From positions 375,743-439,742 of the forward strand of contig NW_019217828.1 of assembly GCF_002571385.2 (NCBI RefSeq): DNA of 64,000 nt. The letters run 5' to 3'. This DNA is from Stylophora pistillata. Its lineage: Eukaryota. Below the pieces are notes generated by a model that was given only the letters and a program-made list of their open reading frames with translations, did not search any database and had not been told where the DNA came from. Each line of letters starts with the position of its first letter. Positions within the stretch are counted from its first letter, which is position 1. Positions 12,046 through 25,569 of this stretch are shown piece after piece. A program made the translations under genes and the position numbers.

Positions 12046-15000
12046 ATGTCTTCCAAACTTAGAATGAGTAACGGCGACTGGGTCTGCACTGATAAGCGGT
12101 AATTTCTACATGAGGTGGTTGAAATGTCTCCATTATTTCTTAATATTTCTTTTCTTATACCTTTTCAGATGCGGTAATGTAAATTTTGCCCGACGTACTT
12201 CCTGCAACCGTTGTGGAAAAGGTAAGCCTCGGAGGCATGCCCTTGCCACGTCTCTTCACTTTCGTGAACAACATTATGTCGATAACAGATTTTGTAGCCA
12301 TTTAATTAATTCATAAGTGATTTTTACTTTTTAAGAAATGGTTTATGATTCTGTATTTCCTCGAATTAATGGTAGAAAACGTCAGCTGTTTGTGAATTAA
12401 CTTCATCGTTTTAGCATGCAACTTATAAGCTTGATCATAATTGTAAAATTGTAAGATGAAACTTTGTAAGATTAAACTTTGTCAGATTTGAAGGACTGGG
12501 AAAATATCATCCTTCGGTCGTTTGTTCGTATTTTGACCTCGATCGATATTTTGAATCTGTTACCATTTTCAAGTGCATTTTCTTTTCACTTCCTAAGAAA
12601 AAGGGAACATTGACAAAGTGAAGCTCACTGGGGCAGAAATTGGGAAACAAGCTGCAGCAAAAAGTAGAGGACTGTTTAGTGCTGATGACTGGATGTGCTC
12701 CAAGTATGTCTTCACTGCAATTTGAAATGTTACAATTGTGATGTTTTGTCTACAGGAGGTACATGCCTACTCCCCCACCCCTACCTCCTCCATCCAAGAC
12801 TAGTGTTGGAAATGTTAAAAAAATATATCCTGCAGAGCATTTAGAATGGAAAAAAATACCCTGCCCCGCAGATTGCTAGAAGAAAAATTTCTTGATGACC
12901 AGAAATCACCCAACCCTACCCCTCAAAAGTTAAATGGTCGGCCCCTTAGCAACCTCAACTCTGAACCAAAAGCTCCAGGCTCCAGGCCTGATTAGAGTTA
13001 TGGCTTTTATTCTTTGCTGGACATTTAACCTTTGCACCTTTACAGCCAGGGCCCAGTTGTATAATGGGAAGACAACCAGGAACAGGAAATTGCCAAGATG
13101 TTTTTTTGTGAATTTCTTATGGATGGAAGGGTTTCTAGCTTTACATGAATTAAATTATCATGAAATAACTTTTTCTTTTGCCTTTAGATGTGGTAATGTA
13201 AACTGGGCTCGAAGAAATGATTGTAACATGTGTGGACATCCTAAATTTGCTAAAGCTGAAGTTAGGACAGGTGATTTAAATTTTTTTCCTTTTTTTTTTG
13301 TCTAGGTTTTTCCAAAATCATGAATTATTTTTACTACAACAAAGCATCCTTCTACGTTTGATTTAGTCTAACAGGGGTTTCACTAAAAGCCGGTTACCAG
13401 ACCTCTCACTGCTGTATGTTCAGCTATTGAGCAAGCTTTCATGTTTGGGTTCCAGCTCCTTATGGAACAAGTTATTGAAATCCCTGGTCTAGCCTTGTGG
13501 CTCTTTCACTCCCATGAGTGACCAAGACAGAATTTCTCCTTACAACTTCAATACAATATCAAGCAGACAAGTAATGAGAATAAGGAAAAATATGAACAAG
13601 GGAGTCATAATTTGATCCAATACCAAATTCTCCAAATTAAGATCATAAGAATTGTATGGCAGACAGTAAAGAGAATTACCTGCGAGATCTTGGGAATGTT
13701 ATACATACTTAGATGTATTTGTATATACATGTACATAGATATCTTTTATTTAATAGAATAGTTTTTGATTTTGAATAACAAGATATTATATAAGCAAGGC
13801 ATCCCTCGATAACAGTTGTGTCATATGATTGAAGGATTTACCCTGCTTTCTAATAAATAAAGGTTTACTTACATGCTTTCATTTAATAAATACAAGCTCT
13901 AATCCTTTGCTTGGGTTTGTAGGATATGGTGGTGGTTTTAATGAACGTGAAGGGGTAGAGTATATTCAAAGAGAAGATTCTGATGATGAATTTGATGAGG
14001 TATTTAAAAATCAAAGATAAAATAACATAGATACAACATGGTTAGATATTTTACATTAATTTATTTAGTTATAGTTTTATTACATAAATTAATTATATTT
14101 GCTGTTACTTGGTTACCTATTGCTTCCTGTAATCTCATCATTGTTACTTCTTTTTGTTATTCAAATTAATGGGATTAGCAATTGAAAACTAAACTTAGAT
14201 GATCAATTTTACATCTTAATTATTTTGTCATTTAGACTGGAACTATGTCAAGACTTTCTGGCCATGATCAGTTACTTTGTTCAGACCAATTTTTCTCACC
14301 AAGTAACATTTTCTCATTTGAAATCTTTATTTTTGTATGGCAGTTTGGCAGAAGAAAGAAAGGAAAGCAGGGTGCTTCTCAAGCAGTTCTTCAACAGGTA
14401 TATTCTGTATGGTCAATCTAGTTTGAAGATAAAAGAATTAGGAGTTTAACAAATCAAAGAGCTTTACAGTATACATCATCTTGAATATAAACCCTGTACA
14501 GCCTAAAANNNNNNNNNNNNNNNNNNNNNTGCCTATAAGAGGGGGGTGGCATATTAGAGGGAGGGCTTAATAGAGGATGGGTATTTATACTTTCTTAATT
14601 GTTCTTTAACATTTCCTAAGGTGCTGACAAGGAAAATTTGTTTAACAATCAAGAGCTTCCCTAGTTGGTTACCATTTAATTTATTCTTGTGATGCTAATG
14701 GTAAGGGGTCAGATTTTTAAAGAAATTAGTCGCTTATCACCCCTAGGGGTCAAAGGGTTGAGTCAAAGAAATTGGGATTGTGAAGGACATCGAACAAGTA
14801 TACCGAGGCATTGATGTCTGTAATAACAGGATTAAACATTGATAAAAAACTTAGTTATAGGTGTATCATATTTCTCTCATGAGCTTAGTCATGCCAGATA
14901 ATAAATTGAATGTTTTCCAATGAGAAACCACCAACAGAAGAACTTAACAACAAAGAGGAGGAGGAGGATGATGATGATGATGATGAAGGAGGCGATCTGT

Positions 15001-17241
15001 CAAAATACAATTTGGATGATGAGGTAGCACAAATTGTAACTAGCAAAGAGGGATTATTCATGACTAGAAAGTAAAGTTTACCTGGTACTTACTGTAAGTT
15101 GTAACCTTTAAAATTCTATGCATTATAATCACTCTGTACACGTAATAACAGTTATCCTTCACATTTTATGTGCAGAATTAAAATTGAAAATTAGTAAATA
15201 TTTTTGCAATCATATGTTTTACTCACAAAAGATTATATAGATGAAAGCAAACAAAAAAGCATGATAGTATTTCTAAAAACTTTTTGTAGGTGAATTTTCA
15301 GTTTTTGATCCAAATTTTCTCTTTTCGTAATCAGGATGATGATGATGATGATGATGAAGATGGTGACTTGTCCAAGTACCAACTTGATGATGATTCAGAT
15401 AATGAAAACAAGGATAAGGGCCGGTAAACTCCTCCCCCCTGTCTACCCCACCAATTCCTGTTCATTCAGGTGGGGTCGGGCACTCTGCCAATTCTGTGGT
15501 TTATTTAAAAAAATATATTCTATTTTAGTTGCCATTATAGGTGATCATATTATATATTAAGGATTTTTCAAGGATTGAATCTTGCTGTGCATGTAAAATA
15601 AACTAAAGATGATCTATGAATGGATTCATTTTTCCCCCCATCTGAAAGTCTTACTCTAATGCTAGTGGAAAGGAAGTTCTTTACCCTATTTCTATAGTTT
15701 TGCTATTTCAATAAATCCATCCAGTTAATGTTTCTAAATTTTTTTTCAAAGATTACAAAATCATCATAAACCAATACACTATAGGAGTACAAATAAATAT
15801 AACTAATTATTAAATAATTCTCAGGATGAGGTAGATAGCATTTTAAGTTGTTACCATATTTTCCCCTCTCAAGTATTGGATAAAAAGCTTAACAAAACAT
15901 GCCAACAACTGTATGATTTGGCTCTGATTTTTTTTTTCCTATTTGCCTCATTCCTCCTGTAAGAGTGACTGCTTTGATTTTATCATTTTTGATTGTTTGT
16001 TTTTAATATTACTCCTCATTTACTGGAGATCATTAGTTTGTAATAGTTCACACATAATAATTTAATAATAATAATTAATTGGTACAGCTGTGTCGCTAAC
16101 TTTCTAACATGATTTAACCATTTACACCCTAACTTCAGTATGGATAATCTCTGCATATATTTCCTAAGGTGCTGACAAGGAAAATGTCTTTAACAATCCA
16201 GAGCTTCATAAGTTGGTGATCATGTCCTTTATTCTTGTGATTTTAATGTGTGACACCAACTTATTGCTATCCCTAACTGTTTAATGTGCTCCACAAGAAT
16301 AACAGCTGAAATGAATGGAATTTGCTAAAAAAAAAAAAATTAATTCCTCATGAGACTTAATAAGCTTTAGGGTGTTGCAAATGATGTTTAATCTAATTTC
16401 ATCTTTTTTGAAACTGCCTTATCTCCAGGCGTTCTAGATCCAAGTCGGGTTCTCCTCCCACTAAGAGAAAGCGACACAGTGGAAGTAGTGGTTCGTCTTC
16501 CTCCTCATCAAGGTCTAGGTCGAGAAGCATCTCTTCGCGGTCTCGTAGTCGCTCAAGGTCGCGTTCTAAGAGCTCCAGTTCAAGATCAAGGTCTCGTTCG
16601 GTCTCAGGATCTCCCAAACAAAGTCCAAGGGAGAGGAGGTTTGGTACTTGTGTTACAATCGGGATTGAATGTCTTGCATTTACTCAGTCAAATTTCCACA
16701 CAACTACCCAGTTTGATCAATGAACATGACATAGTTAGAGAGATGGGTTGCAGACATCTTTTTCCTCATGGATATGCAAAGGATAGGAATGAGTGATATT
16801 GGAATGTGATATGCAAATTTTGTGAGAAGGGGATGGGTTGTAATAAAGATGGCAGGCAGACTGACTGACTGTTAAATATGGTGGATCAATTTTTAAATTC
16901 CATCATTCAGAATTCTAACCCATTGGCCAACCAAATGATGAAATTTCTTCCTGCCCTCCCTTTTTTTAGTATAACAATTTTTGTTTTCAGTCTTCCTATA
17001 AACTTTGAGTGAAAAAGTGGATGGCCTTTATGGTTATAGCTGCTGATGGTGGACATAAACTTCTGTTTGACCCTAATCTAAATTTCACTTTCATTTCTCT
17101 TATCTCATCCAGATCTGACACTTGCCTCTAAGGTTTTTTCATTCTTTTAGCCTTTCCCTTCATTTTGCATTCAACATTTTTTTCCTCTGCAGAAAGTCCC
17201 ATTCCCGATCCAGATCAAGATCTAGGTCCAAATCTCATTGA
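12046..17241 (+). CDS. ZRANB2: Zinc finger Ran-binding domain-containing protein 2 (SR-like splicing factor)
   Basis: Exons 12046-12098 (MSSKLRMSNGDWVC), 12169-12221 (CGNVNFARRTSCNRCG), 12598-12703 (EIGKQAAAKSRGLFSADDWMCSK), 13188-13270 (CGNVNWARRNDCNMC), 13923-13999 (GYGGGFNERE), 14344-14397, ~14925-15023 (acceptor uncertain; small gap upstream), 15335-15423, 16429-16638 (RS domain), 17193-17241 (stop TGA). Two RanBP2 zinc fingers, acidic tract and RS tail. Confidence 0.95.
13372..13486. mobile_element. Short hAT-like MITE
   Basis: CAGGGGTTTCACTAA / TTATTGAAATCCCTG imperfect TIRs; flanks GTCTAA / GTCTAG; subterminal AAGCCGGT shared with the 6142 element. Confidence 0.5.
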
Positions 17242-17599
17242 GATGTGACCAGGAAAGATAGAAACTGCTGTTGTAGGTCAAGTAAGTGAAAGGCCACAGA
17301 GATAATTCATGCTAACTGTGGAGGTCTCAACTTAGATGGTTCATTTCACTAAATGGATTAGTATGTGATTAGTACACAAGCATGGAGTCTTGTTTGTGGC
17401 ATCAAAGGCAATAGTATTTTTCTTACATGAGGAAGTGCTCTTAAGCAGAGATATTTTTAGACATGGATGGCAACTGAACAAAGACTACAACTGCCTGTAA
17501 TGCATTTTGAAATCAGTCATTAAACTGCAATGTCTTACCAAAAATATTTTGGTTTTATCAACTAAGTTGAAATTGTAAATTAGCCACGGTAAAGAATTA

Positions 17600-17790
17600 A
17601 AAAGCTGAAATTTCAAGTGTTAGCCCTTCGTCATTTGCTCTGATTGAAGGGCCCAACGCTCAAAACGTCAGCTTTCTAACTCTTTACGGTGGCCAATTTA
17701 CAATTTCAACTCAGTTGATAAAACCAAATTACCTTGTCACCCCCACCAATGCAGCACCACAGTTTCTTTAGAAACTAACCCTCTTGAATA
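17600..17790. mobile_element. Penelope-like 3'-end/pLTR fragment (degenerate hammerhead)
   Basis: AAAAGCTGA..AGCCCTTCGTCA..GAAGGGC..ACGCTCAAAACGTCAGCTTT..GGTGGCCAATTTAC is homologous to 31260-31460 and to the ends of the 61-63 kb Penelope element. Confidence 0.65.
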
Positions 17791-19583
17791 CTGAAAATAA
17801 AATTAATCTATAGTTAAAAGTCCATAGGAAAGGAACCTTTGACTCCCTCTTGCCATCTACATCTCAAAAATAATTAGTTAATCAGTTATTGCTTTCCTAG
17901 TATTATTGAGTTTGTTTATTATAGGTTCACATTACTAAATACATGTACAGTTCTTTGCTGAATTTGTTTAGACCCACAGTTAATGTACACGATAACTCAC
18001 CCCTTACTTAAATCCCTGCCAAAGGTCTTGTCAATTAAGTCCTTATTTTCTCATTAAAATAATGGTAACTGTCCATCTTATCCAATTTTCATGTGGTATC
18101 TACTTGTGGGAATTTATCAATGCATGTTGTAGGGGTGATTTATATCACCTGCATGCTACGATGTTATTTTATAGTGCAAAAAATAGAGCAAATTTCGATT
18201 GAGTGTGGTAAGGCATAAACCAAAGTAATCACAACAGCCAATCAGAGTCAAGGGGCTGTGAGAACTCAAAGGGAAATCAAGCAGCCAGAGGTGCAAGAAG
18301 AATGTCATCAATCAAGGTTTAGTTTTGATTCTGGTTGGTTGATAAAGTGGCGCAAGTTTTCTAGACCAATCAGAGTGAAGAAAAGCAAAACCTGATTAGT
18401 TTCTACACTCGGTTGAAAATTGTTCCATTTTTAAAACTTTTATAGGCAATTTGTTTTTACTGTTGTTGTTAAAAATAATTTATAGTGTAGTTATATTGAA
18501 GGTTTATACTTTCCCTCTAATAATTCTCTTGTATTATTTCTTCTGCTCTATGGAGTGAGTTTTGAGGGTGTTCTAAAGCAAGCCATTAACTTAAGTGGTG
18601 AAAATTTTGGGGTTTGCAGATCTTTCGTAGAACCTTACAACCCAAAACTCTCAGACCACTTTCAGTGAGTTCAAATGTATAAGGTTCTCTTTGAAGGAGA
18701 AGTGTCAATAGCAATCAGAAGTTAATTGGCATAATTTTGTTTAATAAGGGATAAAATCTCTGTTTTGTTTACTTTCGACACTTTACCTTTGGATCAAAAT
18801 AAATGGAATCAAATCTAACAAATTTGCACTTCACAAGTTTGTTTTCAGGAATGTGAACCACTGAACCTAAAGAATTTACATGCAAGCAAGTACCCTGGAA
18901 TTTGATTTGAGATCTTTATCACAAAACGAAGCTAGTGTCTCAACTTTTCCAAATAAAAGATGCACCTTACTCCCAGTGATATAGAAATAAACATCACAAT
19001 CAACATTAATCCAGTGTGAATGTTCTTACTTTTTTTTCTTGTTGTACTATTTTCCCTTTGAAATATGTCCTCAAACTTAATTTACCCTTTGCACCCTCTT
19101 ATCATGATCATAATGCATACTCCCTATAGTCATTGTGTCTTCCATAGTACTGATAAGGAGAATATGTTTTAACAGTCCAGCTTCTTTAATAGATAGTGAT
19201 TTCCTTTGAACTTGGTGTTTGATTCAGTTGAGATACTCTGAGGAAAATTGACTGCTTGTCACTTAACAAGTGCTTCAGGATATTTAGGGAAAACTTACAA
19301 CAGTACAAAAAGTTTTCAAAAGAAGTTAATGGATCGGTTTCATTGTATACAAGTCAAGATAACTCCAAATGAGAAAACTAATCATTTCGTCGAGAAGTTT
19401 CGTGCTCACAAATACTTGGGCCGATAAAAGGTGACGAAAATCCAGGTTCACAGCGCTTTTGACTTTATTGAAAATTTGGAGGTGAGGGCAAATTAAGTGT
19501 TTTCTTTGTTGACTACTTTAATAGAGGAGAAAGGTAGCTGAGTTAGTCGCTCACAAGTCGGCTATTCACTTTAACAATCTGGT

Positions 19584-19599
19584 GGCTCCTAAAGGAGCC
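19584..19599 (-). promoter_or_regulatory. Histone 3' stem-loop
   Basis: On -: AAAAC-GGCTCC-TTTA-GGAGCC-ACCA, a 6-bp stem with 4-nt loop 25 nt after the H4 stop; purine-rich AAAGTGAA downstream (HDE-like). Confidence 0.9.
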
Positions 19600-19624
19600 G
19601 TTTTCTGTGTTCGTAGACTTCAGT

Positions 19625-19957
<333 letters not shown>

Positions 19958-22230
19958 CTACTTCTAGAAATACGTCCTGTAGCGAGTTGAAATGCATGTA
20001 GAGTAATAGGTTTCTGTTACTTATACAAAATGTGCGGACGTTGAAGTAAACGGTAGGCGAAGGAAGTTCGTGATTGGATAATAACGTATTAAAATGCCGA
20101 CCAATCATAGTCTTACCTTAGAATATTCGATCCAAAAAGGTTTCTAGCTCGGGTATGTCTTGAAACTCACTTCCCCTCAGATTAATAATTGTTCCGCATT
20201 TATAGTTACATCTGTGAGGTTTCACATGATGTGGCAACTCCGTGGCAACTAAGTTTATTCATTCCTGCTATTCCCACATTGAAAGAAAAAAATACACAAG
20301 AACAGCCAAAGCCGGAGGCTCAAATGGCCTAAGGTCAGCAAAAAGAATTTACAAGAGTAGAAGAGAGCTTTAACTAAAATAATTACAATACAATTAAACC
20401 AGGAAAGAAAAGGTCAGTCAGAAAAAAAAAAAAAAAAAACTTTCAGTTGAGATACAATACTTGGCAACTAGTTTAAATACTTAAATGACTAATTAAATGA
20501 AACACCAATAAATATAAACAAATACACCTAATATAGGCCTCTGGTGACAGTGTCAATGGTTCAATAAGCAAATCCTAGAAAAATGAGTGTATTACTCTCT
20601 CTATTTGTCACAGTTTCACTGCTTCTAACAATTCCTTCATTTGTAAGGGTAGGGAGAAGTACAAATTTGTCCCCATCCAATTTTGGCAATGTTGCCTCCT
20701 GTCTGTAGATTGTCTGGCCAAACACTAATCCTAATGACTTCATCACATTATATTTCAGCTTTTATTCCACAAGTTAATTATGGTAGAAATGACAAGTGAC
20801 CATATCATAGTCCCCAATGGTGAAAAGAAGGGAGAGGTATTGAATTTTAATTTTCATCCTACTCAAGTGAATGAAAAAGAAAGAACAAAGTGAACTTTCA
20901 AGCAAAAAATAATAACTTTTCCCTCTCCACCCCTGCCCCCCTTACACCAGCAAGCATATTCTCCTTACTCTTCTCTATAGATTCCTTATGAAACTTACAA
21001 GAAGAGTTTGTTTAAAAATCAAGAGCTTGGTTAAAGAGCAATCATTAACTGATTTTCAAGACTCTGGTGTTTGATTTACGAGTGATATCATGAGGAGAAA
21101 ATGGATGCTTGTAACCCTTAGGGATGAAAGGGATTAAAAATGTAATTTAAAAACAGGTGTTCCCTTCAAATTATTGCCACAAACCTTAACCCAAAGATAA
21201 ATAAAAACGAGGCACAAAGGTAACTCAGCAAGTCTAGTTTATTATGATGACTTTTTACAAAAATAATGTGCTCATAAAATTACTGTTTTCTTTACCCCTT
21301 TCAAATTCAAACTTGAAGCAATTACAAGTTCTAAACTTATGTCTTCCCAGAGGTAGGAGAAAACATTTAATCTCAACCCTTTCACTACGAAGATTGCATA
21401 TTAAGTAATTCTCCTTACTGTCTGCCATATGATTCTTGTAATGTTAGTTTGGAGAATTTGGTGTTGGATCAACTAATCCACTGTTTATATTTGTCTTTGT
21501 GAGCTATGCTCATTACTTGTCTGCTTGACATCATATTGGCACTGTACAGAGAAATTCTGCCTTGGTCACTTATGGGAGCCAAAGGGTTATAACCTATACT
21601 AGGTGTCATGGGGGTGTAAATATGGCTTTTATTTATTAACACAGGCAATTATTTATACAGTTCTGATTTAAATGAAACCTCTTAGTGAGGCCAGAAACTT
21701 TTGATCAGCTAATCTACCTAACTTGTCATGCATTGGACAGATATCAATTTATAAATACTAGAAATTTAAATAGGAAAATATAATCTGATGTGATGAAAAA
21801 CAATTTAAAAAAATAAATATTTACACAGCAACTTCTGGTACAAAATTACCAGTAGCAATAAAGATGATGATCAATACTCATGACGATGATTGTGATTGGG
21901 TTTAAAAATAGAAATGAGCCTTCTCAACTAAGGTGAATGGAAAGTACACTCTTGCTACTGAATGCTGGCCATAGTTCAGGTGATGCTTTTTACAACTGGT
22001 GTCAGTCAATGCCTGAATGTATCCTAGTATGTTGAAATATTCATTTGTAAAAAACAGTTTCAATACTACAATAATGGAATGCGATCACCACTTCTTAATG
22101 ATGACTGTGATTGAGAGCTACTAGGCTGTTCTTCAGCAGAACTGTCTCCAATTAATGCTGTTGATATAGTTGAACCATCTATCATTCTTTGGCTCTGCAA
22201 TGAGGAGCGTCCAGCACTTCTGAGTCATGG

Positions 22231-25200
22231 TCAATCATTAGCAAAGTTAACTTGACCAGGTAGAGAAGATGATGAGCCTGTGGAGCCTAGAAACCCAAGA
22301 AAAAAAAAAAACAAGCTTATTTTTCACCACCAAAGTGTTTAGTTAAAAATGCAACACCACATTAGAATTCCAAAAATGTGGTCATTATAATAAGTGGCTG
22401 CAAGCCATAAAAACAAAACATGACAAGGGAGAATACAATGCATGCAGGTAATGGTGAGCTGCAGAATACAAAAACAAAATATGGCATATTAGGATTATAA
22501 ATTTTGCGTAGATGTAAGAGAATACCTAGAAACAGGAATCTGTCTGTGAAACTGTCATGTATGTGTGTACAATAAGTTTGCAAAAAAAAGAAAAAAAAAA
22601 TTCAACCAAGCAGCCTTGAGTATGGTTGCTTGTAAGTGGCAGTGTTCATTAACCTTTAAACTATCCAGATCTAGCATGTAAATTCTCCCTTCTTATTGCT
22701 GTATATTTCCTAACAAATTTGTCAAGAGAAATTGGTCTTATGTCAAGATTACACTCTTAACTCTCATCAGGGGAAGTTAACCCTTTCTCTCCGACTGGCC
22801 AGGAGAAACCAACAACTGAAGGCATGTCTCCTTACAATATCCACACATCTTCACGATGAAAGGTAATGAAACAAAGAAAATGTCAAGAGGGGGATATGGG
22901 GATATTGCTTGATTTGACATCAAATTCTATGAGCTAGAAACATAAGCAAATTATGGGGGACAATACAGAGCATTGACATTTAGATACTGGGAGTGAAAGG
23001 GTAATTATTTCAAAATCACCTTTGGGAGTGCAAGTGCTAAGGGAATTCTGACAATCTATACTGTAAATATAGAACTAGCTTACCCGAAGGAGAAGAAGGA
23101 TGTTCTTCAATCAATGGCATTGATCCTACTGATATTTTCTTTCTTCTTTTGGCCATCTCTTGTCCTTCCTCCCAATCTTCAACTTCATCCAACAGCTTAT
23201 CTACACTATCTGCTTTAGAAGCCACTGAGAATGAGGTGCCAGGTCGACTACCTGTGCTGGAAACAGTTCTCATTGCATCAAAAGTTGAATAAGGACCAGC
23301 TAAGTCAATCATACTGTCCCAGTCAAATGCTGTGGAGCTACCATACAGACTTGATGGAGTTTTGGTCTTCTCTGCCTCTTTAAGTGCCATGTAAACTTTC
23401 TGTTCAACATCATGTTTGACTTTATCCATACGTCCATTCACAAATGTACCAAGCACATACATTTTCAAAAGCATGCGTTTCTTCATAGGATCCATTAGGA
23501 TGAAATCATATTCACGCTGATCGAGCCTTTTTCTCATCTGCGGCATCAAGACCATGAATTCCTTTGCTGTCTCACGGATAGTCTTCTTCACTGACAGAGC
23601 AAACAGCGACTGAGGTGACAAGTTTCTATGAGCTTCAATCAATTCATCAAGAAGATCCCAGAGGGAATCAAAGGTTGGATCATCCAAGAATTCTGCTTCT
23701 CGGCAGTATGCATTGATGATGTGAATCTGCCTCTCCAGCTCATGAACAGGTGCAAACATGGGTGGGCTTGAAAGTGCTTTCTCCAATGTATGACGGCCTC
23801 TCAGAACAGCGCGCATGTACCTCTTTGTTTCTTCACTGATGTTGCTTTTTCCATCTGTACTTAGCATTGGCCAGAGAGGTTGCTTTGGAAGTACAATGTG
23901 CAAGTACCGGAGCAAGAGATACACAAGCCACAGAACTGCAACACACAGCCAAGCTATGTTCACCCAAGTCAATATCAATTCTGGAATGGGAGGCACAAAG
24001 AAGGCATTCACAAGTTCACCATTGTTGTACATCTCCACCATGACACCGATATATGCATTACCCACATTGATAAGTAAGGAGAACAGAATCATGAAGTTGA
24101 ATGCTGAAACACGGAAAGGAAGACTTCGGACCATTATCAGACTTAGCATAGAAAGTAATGCTCCTATTCCACCACCTAACCGATCAATGGTGAACAAACC
24201 ACCTGCCAATAGAACCAGAAAGAGCTTCGCAACCACCCAAGTTGGAGTGATATTGAAAAGAACATGTAACAGTCGTGAAATACCTTTCCAGCAACACCAG
24301 CCCGTGAAAGCCCTGAAAGCTTTTATAGGAGGGCGGGCCAGGCCAGAAGAAAACAACCCAAAAAGAATAAGGAAAAAGAACACAAAAATAGGAAGGTTGG
24401 TGAGAAGACGTTGACCCAAAGTAAATCTGTTGCTCTCGGTAAAAAACAGGAACATTGCATAAAAACACACAAGGCAAAATTTTAAAATGAACATGATGGG
24501 TCTGTAAAAAATCCAAAGCCGGCGGAATGATGAGAAGAGATGGAACTGTCCGACTCCCCATAAAATGTCAAGTCCTTGATTGTATTCGGCTTCTTTAAGT
24601 TGCAAGTAACCCTCATGTTTTTCTTCACTGTAACAGACGACTTGACCACGAATTTTCCTGATCATGTTTATTGGGTAGGCCAGGAACACAAGAATTGCAA
24701 CCAGACCTGCGATAGCAACAAACACCAAATGCTCGACGCTGTCCGAACTGTAGCACTTTACACTGTTTTCAACATTCCACACTCCATCGCTTCGACAATG
24801 GAAAACACGGGCATATGCAGTACCCACAGGTAGGCAGACAAGCTGGATAAAAACGCTGAAAACACGCTTCATCCTCGCAACATGAAGCAGCAGATACAGT
24901 GGTTTTCGATGAAGGAACACTGCATAAGTTATCAAAAATGCACATCCAATCACAGCGACTCCAATGGTCCATCCTAACAAATAATAACCATAGTTTATGC
25001 CGATACTTTCCGAAGGCAAGAACGAGTTTAGGTTTTGAGGACCAGTATATGCTCCGGAAGAGACTTTGAGAAATTCCCAAATGTCTAAATTAAAGATAAA
25101 CACGTATGAGGCGTATTGCACAAACGTTTTAGGATAGCCCCAGCGTTCTCCCATGGCTAATATCAACGCAAAAATCTGTATATGCTGTACTATCATGATG

Positions 25201-25358
25201 AGAGCATCGGAAACCCATAGCGTGATTCCATGATGTACAAAAGCATCTTCGCCAATTTCGTCGTCCTCATCGAGATCGACTACAACTTTCTCAGACTTCT
25301 CCATCAAAGGGAGCTTGTCTGCATCCTTTTCTTTCAGTTTTCGATTCAAAAGAGCCAT
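22231..25358 (-). CDS. Uncharacterised multipass membrane protein (~776 aa)
   Basis: Exon 1 is 23084-25358 (2275 nt open, ends at GTAAG donor); exon 2 is 22231-22286 (GSTGSSSSLPGQVNFAND*), in frame. Many hydrophobic helices, an extracellular FHC...KCY..EH loop and a helical, charged C-terminal tail. Confidence 0.85.
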
Positions 25359-25569
25359 ATTAAAAAACTAAAAGGGCCTCTCTCGAAATTTTCCGAGAGA
25401 AATTACTTCTAAACAACGTTAGAATGCATGACCTTCGTCATTGTAGAAGCGTTACCATGGGTTTTATTTGGGTAAATCTTACCAAATATGGTAAGCAGGA
25501 CGTCATGTTGCCTCAGTTTCATGAGTACATTTAAACTGTGTAGTCCCTGGCGGGGATGATTTGAACAGC
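25359..25569. promoter_or_regulatory. Bidirectional promoter membrane-protein gene/HYI
   Basis: Divergent ATGs at 25358 (-) and 25570 (+), 211 bp apart. Confidence 0.6.

Noticed and set aside
23815-24414. 199-aa + strand ORF
   Set aside because: Antisense shadow of the 773-aa ORF.
25521-25559. 12-codon uORF before HYI
   Set aside because: May lie upstream of the TSS; no evidence it is transcribed.
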